Shown here piece by piece: positions 9,506 to 19,470 of a stretch of DNA of 64,000 bases. Source of the DNA: Chloroflexota bacterium (GTDB lineage Bacteria > Chloroflexota > Dehalococcoidia > Lucifugimonadales > Lucifugimonadaceae). The notes below the pieces were generated by a model. The model was given only the letters and a program-made list of their open reading frames with translations. It ran no database searches and was not told where the DNA came from. The DNA lies in assembly GCA_018650845.1 (NCBI GenBank), contig JABIFF010000021.1, positions 16,163 to 80,162 on the forward strand, read 5' to 3'. The position numbers and the translations under genes are program-made. Each line of letters opens with the position of its first letter. Position 1 is the stretch's first letter.

Positions 9506-10720
9506 CTAAGCGCCGAGAATGTCGATTGCACGTTCACGGAGCTGTCCGCAACCTGCATTGATATCGATTCCCTTTTCCATTCGAACTGTCGAAGGAATGC
9601 CGTACTGCTTCAAACCGCCCTGGAACTCTTTGGCAGAGTTCAGGTCGGTTCGTTCAAACGGCCCCATCTTAGTCGGGTTCACCGGAATAAGGTTCACGTG
9701 ACAGTGAAGACCGTTCAGCAATCGCCCAAGCTTCTGAGCCTGTTCAACTGAATCGTTCTGCTCTTTAAGGAGAACGTACTCGAAGAAGATGCGGCGCCCA
9801 GTGGCGTTAGCGTACTTGTGACAAGCACGAATGAGATCTTCAACCGGGTATCGTTGGTTGATCGGCATAGTCTGAGAACGAGTGTTGTTATCAGGAGCGT
9901 GAAGTGAGATCGCCAAGTTGATCTGAAGCTCTTCTTCTGCGAGTTGCAGAATCTGAGGAATCAGCCCAACGGTCGACACTGTGATGTGCCTTGCACCAAT
10001 ATTCAGGCCTTGGCCATCGTTCAACACACGAATCGCAGCCATAACGTTCTTATAGTTGGCTAGCGGCTCGCCCATTCCCATGAACACAACGTTCGTCACA
10101 CCCTGCAGTTCACCCTTGGTGCGCTTACCCTGTTCCATCTGAGCTTCGTCTTCGGCATATGCGATGCGCTGCATCTCAATTACCTGAGCGACGATTTCGC
10201 CGACGGTGAGATTACGTCGGAAGCCCTGTTGGCCTGTGGCGCAGAATGTGCAGCCAAGCGCACAACCAGCCTGAGTTGAGATACACGCTGTTTTGCGATT
10301 CCGACGGTGACCATCGGTTTCGTAGCGCATGAGAACAGTTTCGATCAGTTCGCCATCGTGCAGCTTGTAGAGCGCTTTGCTCGTCGATTTATCTTTAGAA
10401 GTGACGAACATAGCCTGTTCGACAGATGAAATCGTGTACTTCTCGCTAAGCGACGCTCGGAAAGTTTTGCTGAGAGTCGACATTTCGTCGAAGCTAGCAG
10501 CAGCCTCGTGATAGATAGATCGCCATAGCTGATCGGCACGGAATTTCTTCTCGCCAAGTTTCAGCATCGTCGAAGTTAGTCGATTACGTGAGAGTTCGAG
10601 TATTGATCTGAGCGGGACTGAAGATTCCGAAGCACTTGTGGCTTCGGGAGAACCTTCAGCGGTCGACCCAGAGTCAAAGTCAGGGCCAGAGTCAGAAGAA
10701 GTGGACGAGGGAGTTGTCAT
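9506..10720 (-). CDS. rlmN: Dual-specificity RNA methyltransferase RlmN
   Basis: CISTQAGCALGCTFCATG radical SAM motif, MGMGEP, DINAGCGQL. Confidence 0.95.
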   Translation of the reverse strand: MTTPSSTSSDSGPDFDSGSTAEGSPEATSASESSVPLRSILELSRNRLTSTMLKLGEKKFRADQLWRSIYHEAAASFDEMSTLSKTFRASLSEKYTISSVEQAMFVTSKDKSTSKALYKLHDGELIETVLMRYETDGHRRNRKTACISTQAGCALGCTFCATGQQGFRRNLTVGEIVAQVIEMQRIAYAEDEAQMEQGKRTKGELQGVTNVVFMGMGEPLANYKNVMAAIRVLNDGQGLNIGARHITVSTVGLIPQILQLAEEELQINLAISLHAPDNNTRSQTMPINQRYPVEDLIRACHKYANATGRRIFFEYVLLKEQNDSVEQAQKLGRLLNGLHCHVNLIPVNPTKMGPFERTDLNSAKEFQGGLKQYGIPSTVRMEKGIDINAGCGQLRERAIDILGA

Positions 10721-10825
10721 CGATCAGGAGGGGGGGGACTATCGGGAGGAGTAAACGTTAAGTTTAGCAACGAAGAGCGAAAATGGGCGCATGACATCTG
10801 TTCGACCAGTGCCTAAACTCGATCT

Positions 10826-12121
10826 GTGACCAATATCAGCCGCAACCCGACTAAACCAAACGTTGAGCCGAACCATGAAGGAACTCTCGAAGAGAGAGCT
10901 CTTGCAAGGCTGATCGCCAATCGTCGAACCGGATACGACCCCTTCTACAAGTTCGACTACGAATACTCGATTCCGTCACAGGGTCGATATCACTGGCAGT
11001 GGTTCTGGGATTCGTGTTTCCACATCATCGCACTCGCGCGACTAAATCCCGCAATGGCGATCGCCGAAATGGATTCTCTTCTTACACCTCAGCAAGAAAA
11101 CGGATTCATCGGGCATCTCACGTACTGGGGCCGGCGTGGTGCTGTGATGAGTGCGATCTATGGACAGAGCAGATATGGCGAGTGGCGTCGACGTCACTCG
11201 GGAATGATCCAGCCGCCTGTTCTCGCTCATGCTTTAGAAGAACTCTGGCTCCAAACCGGCGATTCTGACGTGCTGGCAAGATTCCTTCCAAAAGTTCGTG
11301 CGTACTACGATTGGTTGAATAGAGAACGTGATGCTGATGATTCCGGATTGATCGGAATCGTTTCGCCGTATGAAGCCGGAACCGACAACAACCCGTCGTT
11401 CGATGCCGCACTCGGCATGTCGAACCCGGGTCGCAACGGCATTCTCTGGGCCAATCGCAAGCTCGATTGGTACAACATCATTCGAGGTCGAAACTTTGAC
11501 TATCGAACTCTGATCAAGCGAGATCGCTTCGTCGTGATCGATCCTTTTATGAACGCTGTATACGGCGATGCGTGGCATTCGCTAGCGAACATGCATGAAT
11601 CTGCCGGCGAAATCGAGCTTACCGCAAGCGCAAGTTCACATGCTTCGAAAACAACTGCAGCGCTGAACGAACGATGCTGGGACGACGAACGAGGGCACTA
11701 CACGTATCTACATGGTGCTGATCAGACGCCAGATACGACTCTTTCAGTAGGAGCCATATTTCCTCTCATCCTTAATGACGCGCCAAAAGATCGTGTCGCA
11801 AGCGTGATGGAACGATACGTCACTGATGAAAAGCATTTTTGGCGACCGTTCCCAATTCCGAGCGTGGCGGCTTCAGAAGATTCGTACAACGCCGAAAGTG
11901 AAGCGATGATCTGGCGAGGTCCGATTTGCATGAATTTGAACTGGCTACTTGCACGAGGTTTAAAATCTCACGGCTTCACCGATGAATCGAAGCGAATCGC
12001 CGAGCGCTCAAAAGAAGCAGCGTTCAAGGATTTCCGCGAGTTCTACTCTCCAGAAACGGGACGAGGCATGCGCGGCACGAAGTTCGGTTGGGCGACGGCG
12101 GCTGTAGCAATCGATGGGTGA
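10826..12121 (+). CDS. GH63/MGH1-like (alpha/alpha)6 glycoside hydrolase (glucosylglycerate/trehalase-like)
   Basis: QWFWDSCF, IQPPV, EAGTDN, WRGPICMNLNW, FREFYSP. Confidence 0.8.
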   Translation: MTNISRNPTKPNVEPNHEGTLEERALARLIANRRTGYDPFYKFDYEYSIPSQGRYHWQWFWDSCFHIIALARLNPAMAIAEMDSLLTPQQENGFIGHLTYWGRRGAVMSAIYGQSRYGEWRRRHSGMIQPPVLAHALEELWLQTGDSDVLARFLPKVRAYYDWLNRERDADDSGLIGIVSPYEAGTDNNPSFDAALGMSNPGRNGILWANRKLDWYNIIRGRNFDYRTLIKRDRFVVIDPFMNAVYGDAWHSLANMHESAGEIELTASASSHASKTTAALNERCWDDERGHYTYLHGADQTPDTTLSVGAIFPLILNDAPKDRVASVMERYVTDEKHFWRPFPIPSVAASEDSYNAESEAMIWRGPICMNLNWLLARGLKSHGFTDESKRIAERSKEAAFKDFREFYSPETGRGMRGTKFGWATAAVAIDG

Positions 12122-12255
12122 CGAGCTGCGGATATAAATCTCTCTTCGACTTCCCGATAAAAAATATCAATCCGTTAACGTTGCGCCACTAATATTTGAA
12201 CCATCACAAACAACGATTTATTGCTTGGCGACCAGGCTCTTTTGTGGAGTGACCA

Positions 12256-13089
12256 ATGGCCCTAAATGACACCGACCTCCTCTCACAGGCGGGATCGGTC
12301 GAAAATATTCTGAAGTTCGACGACATCGAGCCAGTTCTCGAATCCAACGATCTTTCTGTTGCCTACAGCGGTCAAACCGCAGTGAGCGGCGTTTCGCTTC
12401 AGGTCCCAAAAAACAGCGTCGTATCGCTGATTGGGCCTTCAGGTTGCGGCAAAAGCACACTTCTTCGCTGCTTCAATCGAATGAACGACCTCATTCCTTC
12501 GGCATCGGTAACTGGCAAGGTCAACTTCGCCGGGCAGGATATCTACGCTCAAGACGTCGATCCCACCGAAATCCGATTCCGAATCGGAATGGTTTTTCAG
12601 CGACCTAACCCTTTTCCTAAGAGTATTTACGAAAACGTAGCGTTCGGTCCTCGTATTAACGGAATGACCGACGACCTCGATGAAGTTGTTGAAACTTCTC
12701 TTCGGCGAGCTGCAGTTTGGGACGAGGTTAAAGATCGTCTAAACGATAGTGGTCTAAGCGTTTCCGGTGGTCAGCAACAGCGAATTTGTATTGCACGTGC
12801 GCTTGCTGTGAATCCAGAAATCGTCCTAATGGACGAACCAGCTTCTGCCCTCGACCCGATTTCGACTCAAGCAATTGAGCAGTTGATTCAAGAGCTTTCG
12901 AGCGAAGTTACCATCATCATCGTTACTCACAACATGCAGCAGGCGACTCGAATTTCCGATTACGCTGCCGTGATGATGGCCGGCGAAGAACGAATTGGCC
13001 GAATGATCGAATACGGAACGAACGAGCAAGTATTCGGTAATCCAAAAGACGAACGAACTGAAGCGTACGTAACCGGTCGAATCGGCTAA
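12256..13089 (+). CDS. pstB: Phosphate ABC transporter ATP-binding protein PstB
   Basis: [33 protein letters not shown]. Confidence 0.95.
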   Translation: MALNDTDLLSQAGSVENILKFDDIEPVLESNDLSVAYSGQTAVSGVSLQVPKNSVVSLIGPSGCGKSTLLRCFNRMNDLIPSASVTGKVNFAGQDIYAQDVDPTEIRFRIGMVFQRPNPFPKSIYENVAFGPRINGMTDDLDEVVETSLRRAAVWDEVKDRLNDSGLSVSGGQQQRICIARALAVNPEIVLMDEPASALDPISTQAIEQLIQELSSEVTIIIVTHNMQQATRISDYAAVMMAGEERIGRMIEYGTNEQVFGNPKDERTEAYVTGRIG

Positions 13090-13156
13090 CTAACGTCACG
13101 GTCATTTCACCACATGTACCAGCGATACCAGAGATAACAGGTAAACTGCATCGATC

Positions 13157-13873
13157 ATGAACGAACAGAGCAGCATCATTCCAACGGCACGACAAGAGTT
13201 TGATCGAGAACTAGGCAGGCTTGAAGCCGAGCTTATCTTGATGAGCGGACTTGTCGAAAAAGCGATATTCGACGCACTTCAGGCGTTGAAAACTCGGGAC
13301 ATTGACCGTTCACAGCGTGTTATCGATGAAGATGACCACATCGATGAAACCGAACTTGAGATCGAACGCTATTGTGTCGAGCTAATCCGTCGCCAATCGC
13401 CTATGGCAGGTGACCTCCGCCGCATTGTTGCTTCATTGCAGATCGCAGGTGAGCTCGAACGAATTGGTGACTACGCAGAAGGTATCGCCAAGATCAGCAT
13501 CACTATGGGTAGCCAACCTCCTCTTAAGGAGTTGATCGATATTCCACGCATGGGCGATATGGCTGTCAGCATGTTGAAGCGATCCCTTGAGGCGTTCATA
13601 AGCCGAGATGCAGACGGCGTTCGAGTAATCAGTGTTGAACTCGAAAAAGAGGATGATGAAGTCGATGATCTGTACGCCAAAGTACAGGCAGACCTCATGG
13701 AGCTCGTGAAGAGTAATCCTGACAACGCTGAACGTGCGACCTACCTTATGTGGGTAGCTCACAACGTTGAACGAGTTGCCGACCGAGCGATGAACATCGT
13801 CGAACGAGCTTTGTATCAGGCGACTGGCGAACTCGTTAGCGGTACGACTCAGATCGAAACTACACCCGACTAG
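13157..13873 (+). CDS. phoU: Phosphate signalling protein PhoU
   Basis: PMAGDLR, ELERIGDYA, ERVADRAMNI; follows pstB. Confidence 0.95.
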   Translation: MNEQSSIIPTARQEFDRELGRLEAELILMSGLVEKAIFDALQALKTRDIDRSQRVIDEDDHIDETELEIERYCVELIRRQSPMAGDLRRIVASLQIAGELERIGDYAEGIAKISITMGSQPPLKELIDIPRMGDMAVSMLKRSLEAFISRDADGVRVISVELEKEDDEVDDLYAKVQADLMELVKSNPDNAERATYLMWVAHNVERVADRAMNIVERALYQATGELVSGTTQIETTPD

Positions 13874-13910
13874 TCGCTTGACTGGTTGTGTTTGAGATCC
13901 CAGTTACTCT

Positions 13911-15197
13911 CTAGCCGAATAACGCCGCGCCTGCGATCGAAACGAACGACGTGTCGTCTTCATCGGCCTGGCATTGCTGATAGCCGTTTGATATTCCAGT
14001 AGTCACATCGGCTGCCCACAGAGTCATATAAATGGGTGCGAGACCGCAGATTCTGTACTGATCTTCATTGCTTTTCACATGCTCGAGGAATCTATTTCGA
14101 CTGCCCTGAGTGATCGAATCAAGCAGGTTCTCGTCTTCAACTTGAACACTGCGTCTGCCATCGGAATCCTTCGGCATCAGTTCTGTATCGCCGAATGCTG
14201 GTCCGACGTGGGCTAAATCCGCCGCGGCTACAAACAATGTTTTCCGGTCTTTAGCAACTGATTGAAGAAGTCGGATGACCTGACCGATTTGGGGATGGTC
14301 GTCAACATTTGGCGCACCGTCGTCGAGTAGGCTTCCGAACGATCCACAGAGGATCGGCAACATCTTGGCATTTGAATTACCTATCGCTCTGTGAAGCCAA
14401 ACGCTCGCCAGTTCGATCGAATGCTCATTGGCGTGGTTGAACTCATTTGCAAATGCATGATCAGCGACTGAGTCATCGGTCGCGAGAATTCGTGCGATAT
14501 CGTCGACTAATTCAGTGTCGGTTTCCAATTCACCAAGTGGAGTTTGATAGTTCTGATTGGTAAGCGTCAGCCGCGGACCGTCGCCGTTGTGATCGGTTCC
14601 GAACACCACAAATAATTCGACGTCCTGCAATTCGTGCCGCACTTGTTCCCAAATCATCCCGTAGGAATCGCCGCCTCGTTCGAAATCGATGTGCGGTGAG
14701 ATGATTGCTTTGAGTTCAACATCTAGATCAGCGGGTAGGTCGTCATCGGCTCTGGCATCGTCGACCATGTATGGAAAAGCAAATCCGTCTAGGTAACCTC
14801 GAAGATCGTCGACCTCCGCGGGGTAAGCCAGTCCAGCCAATGCTGGCTCACGAAATGGAGCATCACGGTATTCAGCGATCCGTTGATCCAACTCTGCGAC
14901 GTACTTGCCATTCGAGAGCAGCAACATGTCATCGAGCCGGCCCAGCAAATCGTCTAAAGTCTCGGCTGTCACAGGTGTAGCACCCAGACTCAGCGCAGCT
15001 TCTACGATTTCCTCGACGGTCTTTGTACCGTCAACGTTCTGAAGGTAAGCACCGAGTTGAACAGGCACCAGCAGCGACTCATCACTGAGTCGTTGAGGGT
15101 CCTTTAGCACGAAGTATTCGCTCCCCTCATGGGCTATGCGATTCACTTCGAGAGGTCGTAATTCAGGGCGATCAGGAAGAGTGGAACTGTTAGACAT
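13911..15197 (-). CDS. amrB: AmmeMemoRadiSam system protein B (MEMO1 family)
   Basis: ISPHID, GTDH, EHSIEL, ADLAHVG, ICGLAPI. Confidence 0.85.
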   Translation of the reverse strand: MSNSSTLPDRPELRPLEVNRIAHEGSEYFVLKDPQRLSDESLLVPVQLGAYLQNVDGTKTVEEIVEAALSLGATPVTAETLDDLLGRLDDMLLLSNGKYVAELDQRIAEYRDAPFREPALAGLAYPAEVDDLRGYLDGFAFPYMVDDARADDDLPADLDVELKAIISPHIDFERGGDSYGMIWEQVRHELQDVELFVVFGTDHNGDGPRLTLTNQNYQTPLGELETDTELVDDIARILATDDSVADHAFANEFNHANEHSIELASVWLHRAIGNSNAKMLPILCGSFGSLLDDGAPNVDDHPQIGQVIRLLQSVAKDRKTLFVAAADLAHVGPAFGDTELMPKDSDGRRSVQVEDENLLDSITQGSRNRFLEHVKSNEDQYRICGLAPIYMTLWAADVTTGISNGYQQCQADEDDTSFVSIAGAALFG

Positions 15198-15253
15198 GCT
15201 GATAGTTTAGCTGTCGAAATTCGGTCCGACTCCATCCACAACTACCGTATGAA

Positions 15254-15697
15254 CTAGTTCACTCCGAATCGGCTTGAACTTCCGATCATTAGTTCAGGAA
15301 AAGGTGTGCGCTGCCGGAACAATGATCGCTCTGCCAACTCGCTAAGTGAGATCAGTGGGCCATCATCTTCTTCAGCTGCAGTAATAGGAGCTGCACCGCC
15401 ACGCTGAACAATTCGGTGAACAGTTCGAGTGCTAATTCCAAATCGCTTTGAAATCTCTGCTACAGGTACACGTTCTTCTCGCAATCGGAAGATTTCATCA
15501 TCGCGAGTTCTACGACTCTCGCGCTGCAACCAACCTGGGTCATCGTATTTGCACAACGACAACGGACAATCGAGGCAGCTCAGAGAAGCTTCGCAACCAT
15601 CGTCTTTGTACTGCGTGTTTTCTGGCAGCGTGTCAGATCTGACAGGCGCAAGTGCACCAAAGTTTTCAGGGTTAGCAGGACCAATAGTCATCACCAT
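15254..15697 (-). CDS. Cys4 metal-binding + helix-turn-helix putative transcriptional regulator
   Basis: CEASLSCLDCPLSLC followed by VAEISKRFGISTRTVHRIV HTH; GGAGG RBS before ATG 15697. Confidence 0.75.
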   Translation of the reverse strand: MVMTIGPANPENFGALAPVRSDTLPENTQYKDDGCEASLSCLDCPLSLCKYDDPGWLQRESRRTRDDEIFRLREERVPVAEISKRFGISTRTVHRIVQRGGAAPITAAEEDDGPLISLSELAERSLFRQRTPFPELMIGSSSRFGVN

Positions 15698-15749
15698 GCA
15701 GGGAAGCCTCCGAAGTAGAACCGAAATATCAAAGTAGGAAAATTTGAAC

Positions 15750-16505
15750 TTAGACAGCCGCTGTAGCGGACCAGTTCGTTTGACGTGAAAAGTGGATTCC
15801 ACCGGGTCGACCCGACAGATTCTTAGTGCGTTCTCGTTTGAAGATTGAATTTGCGTACTCAGAGCCAGGAGCATTCGGCACGCCGAACATCACAGTTGTT
15901 AGCCCGGCTGATGACGCACGTGGACTCACACGCTGGTCGTACCACTCGGAGCTAATTCGGTGCGCAGCGACAATCTCGATAAGTGCGTCGGGCGAAGGGC
16001 TGCGATCTGCCACCGGCATATCAACGCTCACAAACAAGTGCTTGGCGTTACCCATGCGGATAGAACGAGGGCCATCTGGTCGCCAGTCATCACTAGCTCC
16101 GGAACTCTCAAAACCCCTTACAAGAGCAAGCATTGCGGGGTACGTATCACCCTTAAAAGAAGGAGAGACCGTCGCAGATACCGACCCACCGGCACGATTC
16201 ATAACCAGCAAAAGCATTCGCAGTCGAGTAGAAAACTCTTGAGCACTCTCGTCTGGAGCTAGATCTACCGTGATGACATTCGATTCACTACGGCTGGCTC
16301 GATTCGTAACGCTTTGAACAATGTGCGTCCACGCTGTGTTGAGCTCATCCACCAGAGAAACCGATTTCGCAGAAGCCTCGGATGAACCGGGTGCAATCGA
16401 CATAGGTGAAACCACGCCAACACTCTTGGATTCTCCAACACTTGGGGATCCTGCGATACTCGTGGCGTTGTCCGGTATGACAATTGCGGTAGCAGTCGGA
16501 CTCAT
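15750..16505 (-). CDS. Degenerate terminase-ATPase-like protein (Walker motifs lost, no nuclease domain)
   Basis: Segment order ITVDLAPDESAQEFS...VSPSFK...IRMGNAKHLFVS...LIEIVAAH...TTVMFG resembles a Chloroflexota terminase ATPase domain (recalled, not searched); start set at MSPTATA (ATG 16505, GAGG RBS). Confidence 0.5.
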   Translation of the reverse strand: MSPTATAIVIPDNATSIAGSPSVGESKSVGVVSPMSIAPGSSEASAKSVSLVDELNTAWTHIVQSVTNRASRSESNVITVDLAPDESAQEFSTRLRMLLLVMNRAGGSVSATVSPSFKGDTYPAMLALVRGFESSGASDDWRPDGPRSIRMGNAKHLFVSVDMPVADRSPSPDALIEIVAAHRISSEWYDQRVSPRASSAGLTTVMFGVPNAPGSEYANSIFKRERTKNLSGRPGGIHFSRQTNWSATAAV

Positions 16506-16541
16506 CTTGACCTCTTCAGAACTTGCTTTCGCCCTTTTGTT

Positions 16542-16586
16542 TAGAACGACTGTTCTATTATCGAACATCTGTTCTAATTAAGTCAA
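16542..16586 (-). promoter_or_regulatory. sigma70-type promoter with two tandem LexA-type boxes
   Basis: Minus strand TTGACT(16586-16581)-18 nt-GATAAT(16562-16557); GAAC-GACT-GTTC at 16544-16555 and GAAC-ATCT-GTTC at 16563-16574. Confidence 0.8.
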
Positions 16587-16689
16587 GAGATATGGCGCAG
16601 GCGAATTGCTGAAGCAGGACGAATGCCTTAGCCGAGTATTGTTTCTAGCGACCTGACCGATTTAAAGGACAGATGCTTCGTACTGCCTA

Positions 16690-16716
16690 GAGATCCTGAA
16701 TCGAGTTCAGGATGAC
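16690..16716. repeat. REP-like palindrome, family II (GTCATCCTGAACTCGATTCAGGATCTC)
   Basis: Reverse-complement copy of the element at 49222 and 50511. Confidence 0.75.
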
Positions 16717-16825
16717 GTGTAAGTGGTTGACCTCAATCGCTTTCCGCACTAGGTTGATTGCGGCATAATTCCGCCTACGAATCAACCCCGACACTCGCTC
16801 ACGAATCGCCCTCAAAGATAAAAAT

Positions 16826-18061
16826 ATGAACGCAGAAATCGTCTCTATCGGCTCAGAACTACTACTCGGTCAAATCGTCGATACAAACGCTTCGTGGATA
16901 GCGCAACGCCTGGCAGCGAGCGGTGTGAACCTGTTCTACAAAACAACCGTTGGAGACAATCTCGATCGAATGGTCGACATCCTCGACCGCGCTCTCGACC
17001 GCTCCGACGTCGTGATCACCGGCGGCGGAATCGGCCCAACCCAAGACGATCTCACCCGCGAGGCAATCGCCAAAGTCACTGGTCGTGAAGTTGTAACCGA
17101 TCCTGAATCTCTCGAAGAACTACGAGAACGATTCCAGAAGCGTGGATTCATCCTTACTAAGAACAATGAACGCCAGGCACAGATTCCAAGCGGTGCCACC
17201 GTTGTGAAAAACCCGAACGGAACCGCCCCTGCGTTCATCGTTGAAACCGACCGTGGCGTAACGATCAGTCTCCCGGGCGTCCCGTTCGAGATGAAGTGGC
17301 TTGTCGATAACGAAGTTATTCCTTACTTACGCGAAAAGTACGGTCTCACGCAGATGATCCACTACCGCGTACTGAAAGTTGCCGACATTGGAGAAAGCGC
17401 GGTCGACGACAGAATTGGCCACCTGATTGCCGATTCCAAGAACCCAACAGTTGGCGTTCTCGCTCACCCCGGGCAGGTCGATGTAAGAATTGCTGCTCTT
17501 GCCGAGAGTGTCGAAGAAGCAAACAAACTGATCGATCCTGTCGATACCGAAGTGCGAAATCTTCTTGGCGACAATATTTTTGCTGTGGATGACGACACGA
17601 TCGAATCCATCGTTGGCGATCTGGTCAAAAAGAACAACGCTACGGTTGCCACTTGCGAAGACCTCAGCGGAGGTTCGGTGGCTTCAGCTATCCAAAAGGC
17701 AGCCGATTCAGCGTTCTTGCAAAGCTCTATCGTGAATTCGAACGAAGCTCTCGAAAAAATCGCCCGGACCGGTGGCGAAACACCTCCGTTCGCAGATGGC
17801 GGCGAACGAGCTGCGGCTCTAGCACGGGCGATCAAGAAGACGACCGGGGCGACATACGGAATCGCCGTTCACGGAACCGAAGAAGGCGATCAGCGAACTG
17901 AGAATCTTGGCAGGGGCGAGACCTACATCGTTGTATCGGGACCCAAAGGCGAACGCACTCGGCATGTTCGATCAGCAGGAAGAGGCGGTCCTGATCGCCA
18001 ACGCGCCGCGATGGGTGCTCTAAGTCTGTTCAGGCGAGAACTGCTCGGATTACCTGAATAG
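16826..18061 (+). CDS. cinA: Competence/damage-inducible protein CinA (MocF-like + PncC-like domain)
   Basis: SIGSELLLGQIVDTN, GGIGPTQDDLT, LPGVPFEM. Confidence 0.9.
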   Translation: MNAEIVSIGSELLLGQIVDTNASWIAQRLAASGVNLFYKTTVGDNLDRMVDILDRALDRSDVVITGGGIGPTQDDLTREAIAKVTGREVVTDPESLEELRERFQKRGFILTKNNERQAQIPSGATVVKNPNGTAPAFIVETDRGVTISLPGVPFEMKWLVDNEVIPYLREKYGLTQMIHYRVLKVADIGESAVDDRIGHLIADSKNPTVGVLAHPGQVDVRIAALAESVEEANKLIDPVDTEVRNLLGDNIFAVDDDTIESIVGDLVKKNNATVATCEDLSGGSVASAIQKAADSAFLQSSIVNSNEALEKIARTGGETPPFADGGERAAALARAIKKTTGATYGIAVHGTEEGDQRTENLGRGETYIVVSGPKGERTRHVRSAGRGGPDRQRAAMGALSLFRRELLGLPE

Positions 18062-18249
18062 CCGACGCCGAAACACAGCGAATTATCGTCTGATTCACAG
18101 TGAATCCTAAGGAAACATAGGTAAAAAGGTCACCAAAACATAAATACAGCGGTAACGATTGAGATTTAGACTAAATACCAATCGTGGCACGGCAACGCCT
18201 ACTCACCCACTGTTTTGCAGCCCTACTTATAAGGGCGGAGAAGACCTAG

Positions 18250-19398
18250 ATGTTTCGCCAAAAGTCAGTAATTTTTCTAGCACTGGCAGCCATCATGGCT
18301 GTAGTTATCGCTTGTGGTGGTGCAGCAGAACCGACTGCCACTCCTGAGCCAACTGCAACTGCGGTTCCGACCGCTACCGCAACACCGGTTCCTGTTGCTC
18401 CAATTTCTATCGACCCTATCGCCGATCCTGCCGGGTTCTTAAATGCGCTTCCTTCTGATGAAGCAACTTGCGCCGCCGATGCACTTGGTGGGCGTGACCG
18501 TGTGCTGAGCATGCTCGAAGGCGAACTTGGCGACCAGCGACTAACCAGTTCGGAAGCTGACGCTCTGAACGCTTGCCTTAGCGACGATACGGTTCGAGCC
18601 GTATTCATCGGCCAACTGGAACGAGAAGCCGGAACGCTTAGCGACGCCACTATCGTCTGCATAGGCGAAAAGGTTGGCGGTATGGCAGCAGCAAGCCTCT
18701 TTACTGAAGAGCCAGCTGCCGATGTAATCATCAGCACACTGCAAGGCATTTTCTGCCTCAACGACGATGAACGAGCAGCTGTTTCTGAAAGCGAATATGT
18801 CTACGGATTCGGCGAACTCGGCGGCATCGACGCTGTCGAATGTGTCGTGAACGGCGTTGGGCCAACTGGACTCGGCGAACTTGTCGGACTTGCTTCCGCT
18901 GACGAATACGACTTCGCTGCACTTGGCGAACTATTCCCACTGATGATCGAGTGTGGCGCTATCGACGATTCAGAGTTCGAAGAACTTGGCGTATCTGCCG
19001 AACAGATCGGATGTGTACTCAGCGAACTTGGCGAAGATGGTCTTGCACTGTTCGACCCAACCGCGGCTGAGCCAGATATTTCAGAGCTGACTTCGATTCT
19101 GGGTGTATTCGGCACCTGCGGCATTGAGCTTGAAGATCTACTGGGCGGAGCCGAACTGCCGATCGATCCAATAGACGTGCTTCCTGAGATCGACCCGACC
19201 CAGGTGGCAATAATCGAAATTCCAGAATCTGTTGAAGATATCGAGCTCCCATTCACCGAAGAGCAGATTCTCTGCCTAACGAACGAGATGGGTGAAGATC
19301 AAATCGCCAACCTGCTAGCTGGCGGAGCGCCCGACCTAAGCCTGTTCGCAGCACTCGGCACCTGTGAAGTCGACATCAGCGCACTACTTGGTGGCTAG
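18250..19398 (+). CDS. Highly acidic lipoprotein with PT linker and Cys-pair repeats
   Basis: Lipobox VIAC, EPTATPEPTATAVPTATATP linker, five repeats each with a Cys pair. Confidence 0.8.
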   Translation: MFRQKSVIFLALAAIMAVVIACGGAAEPTATPEPTATAVPTATATPVPVAPISIDPIADPAGFLNALPSDEATCAADALGGRDRVLSMLEGELGDQRLTSSEADALNACLSDDTVRAVFIGQLEREAGTLSDATIVCIGEKVGGMAAASLFTEEPAADVIISTLQGIFCLNDDERAAVSESEYVYGFGELGGIDAVECVVNGVGPTGLGELVGLASADEYDFAALGELFPLMIECGAIDDSEFEELGVSAEQIGCVLSELGEDGLALFDPTAAEPDISELTSILGVFGTCGIELEDLLGGAELPIDPIDVLPEIDPTQVAIIEIPESVEDIELPFTEEQILCLTNEMGEDQIANLLAGGAPDLSLFAALGTCEVDISALLGG

Positions 19399-19423
19399 TT
19401 CGGATCAGACCGATTGAATAACT

Positions 19424-19461
19424 AAAAAGAGTTCAGGTTTTTCGGAGCCTGAACTCTTTTT
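19424..19461. terminator. Bidirectional intrinsic terminator
   Basis: AAAAAGAGTTCAGG...CCTGAACTCTTTTT between convergent genes. Confidence 0.85.
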
Positions 19462-19470
19462 GTTTAACGT

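Noticed and set aside
10730-10737. G8 tract before rlmN as a phase-variation site
   Set aside because: Short, intergenic and in front of a housekeeping gene; no supporting evidence.
16506-16568. ORF-track N-terminal extension MFDNRTVV... of the 15750 gene
   Set aside because: It overlaps the predicted -10 and operator boxes; ATG 16505 has a proper RBS.
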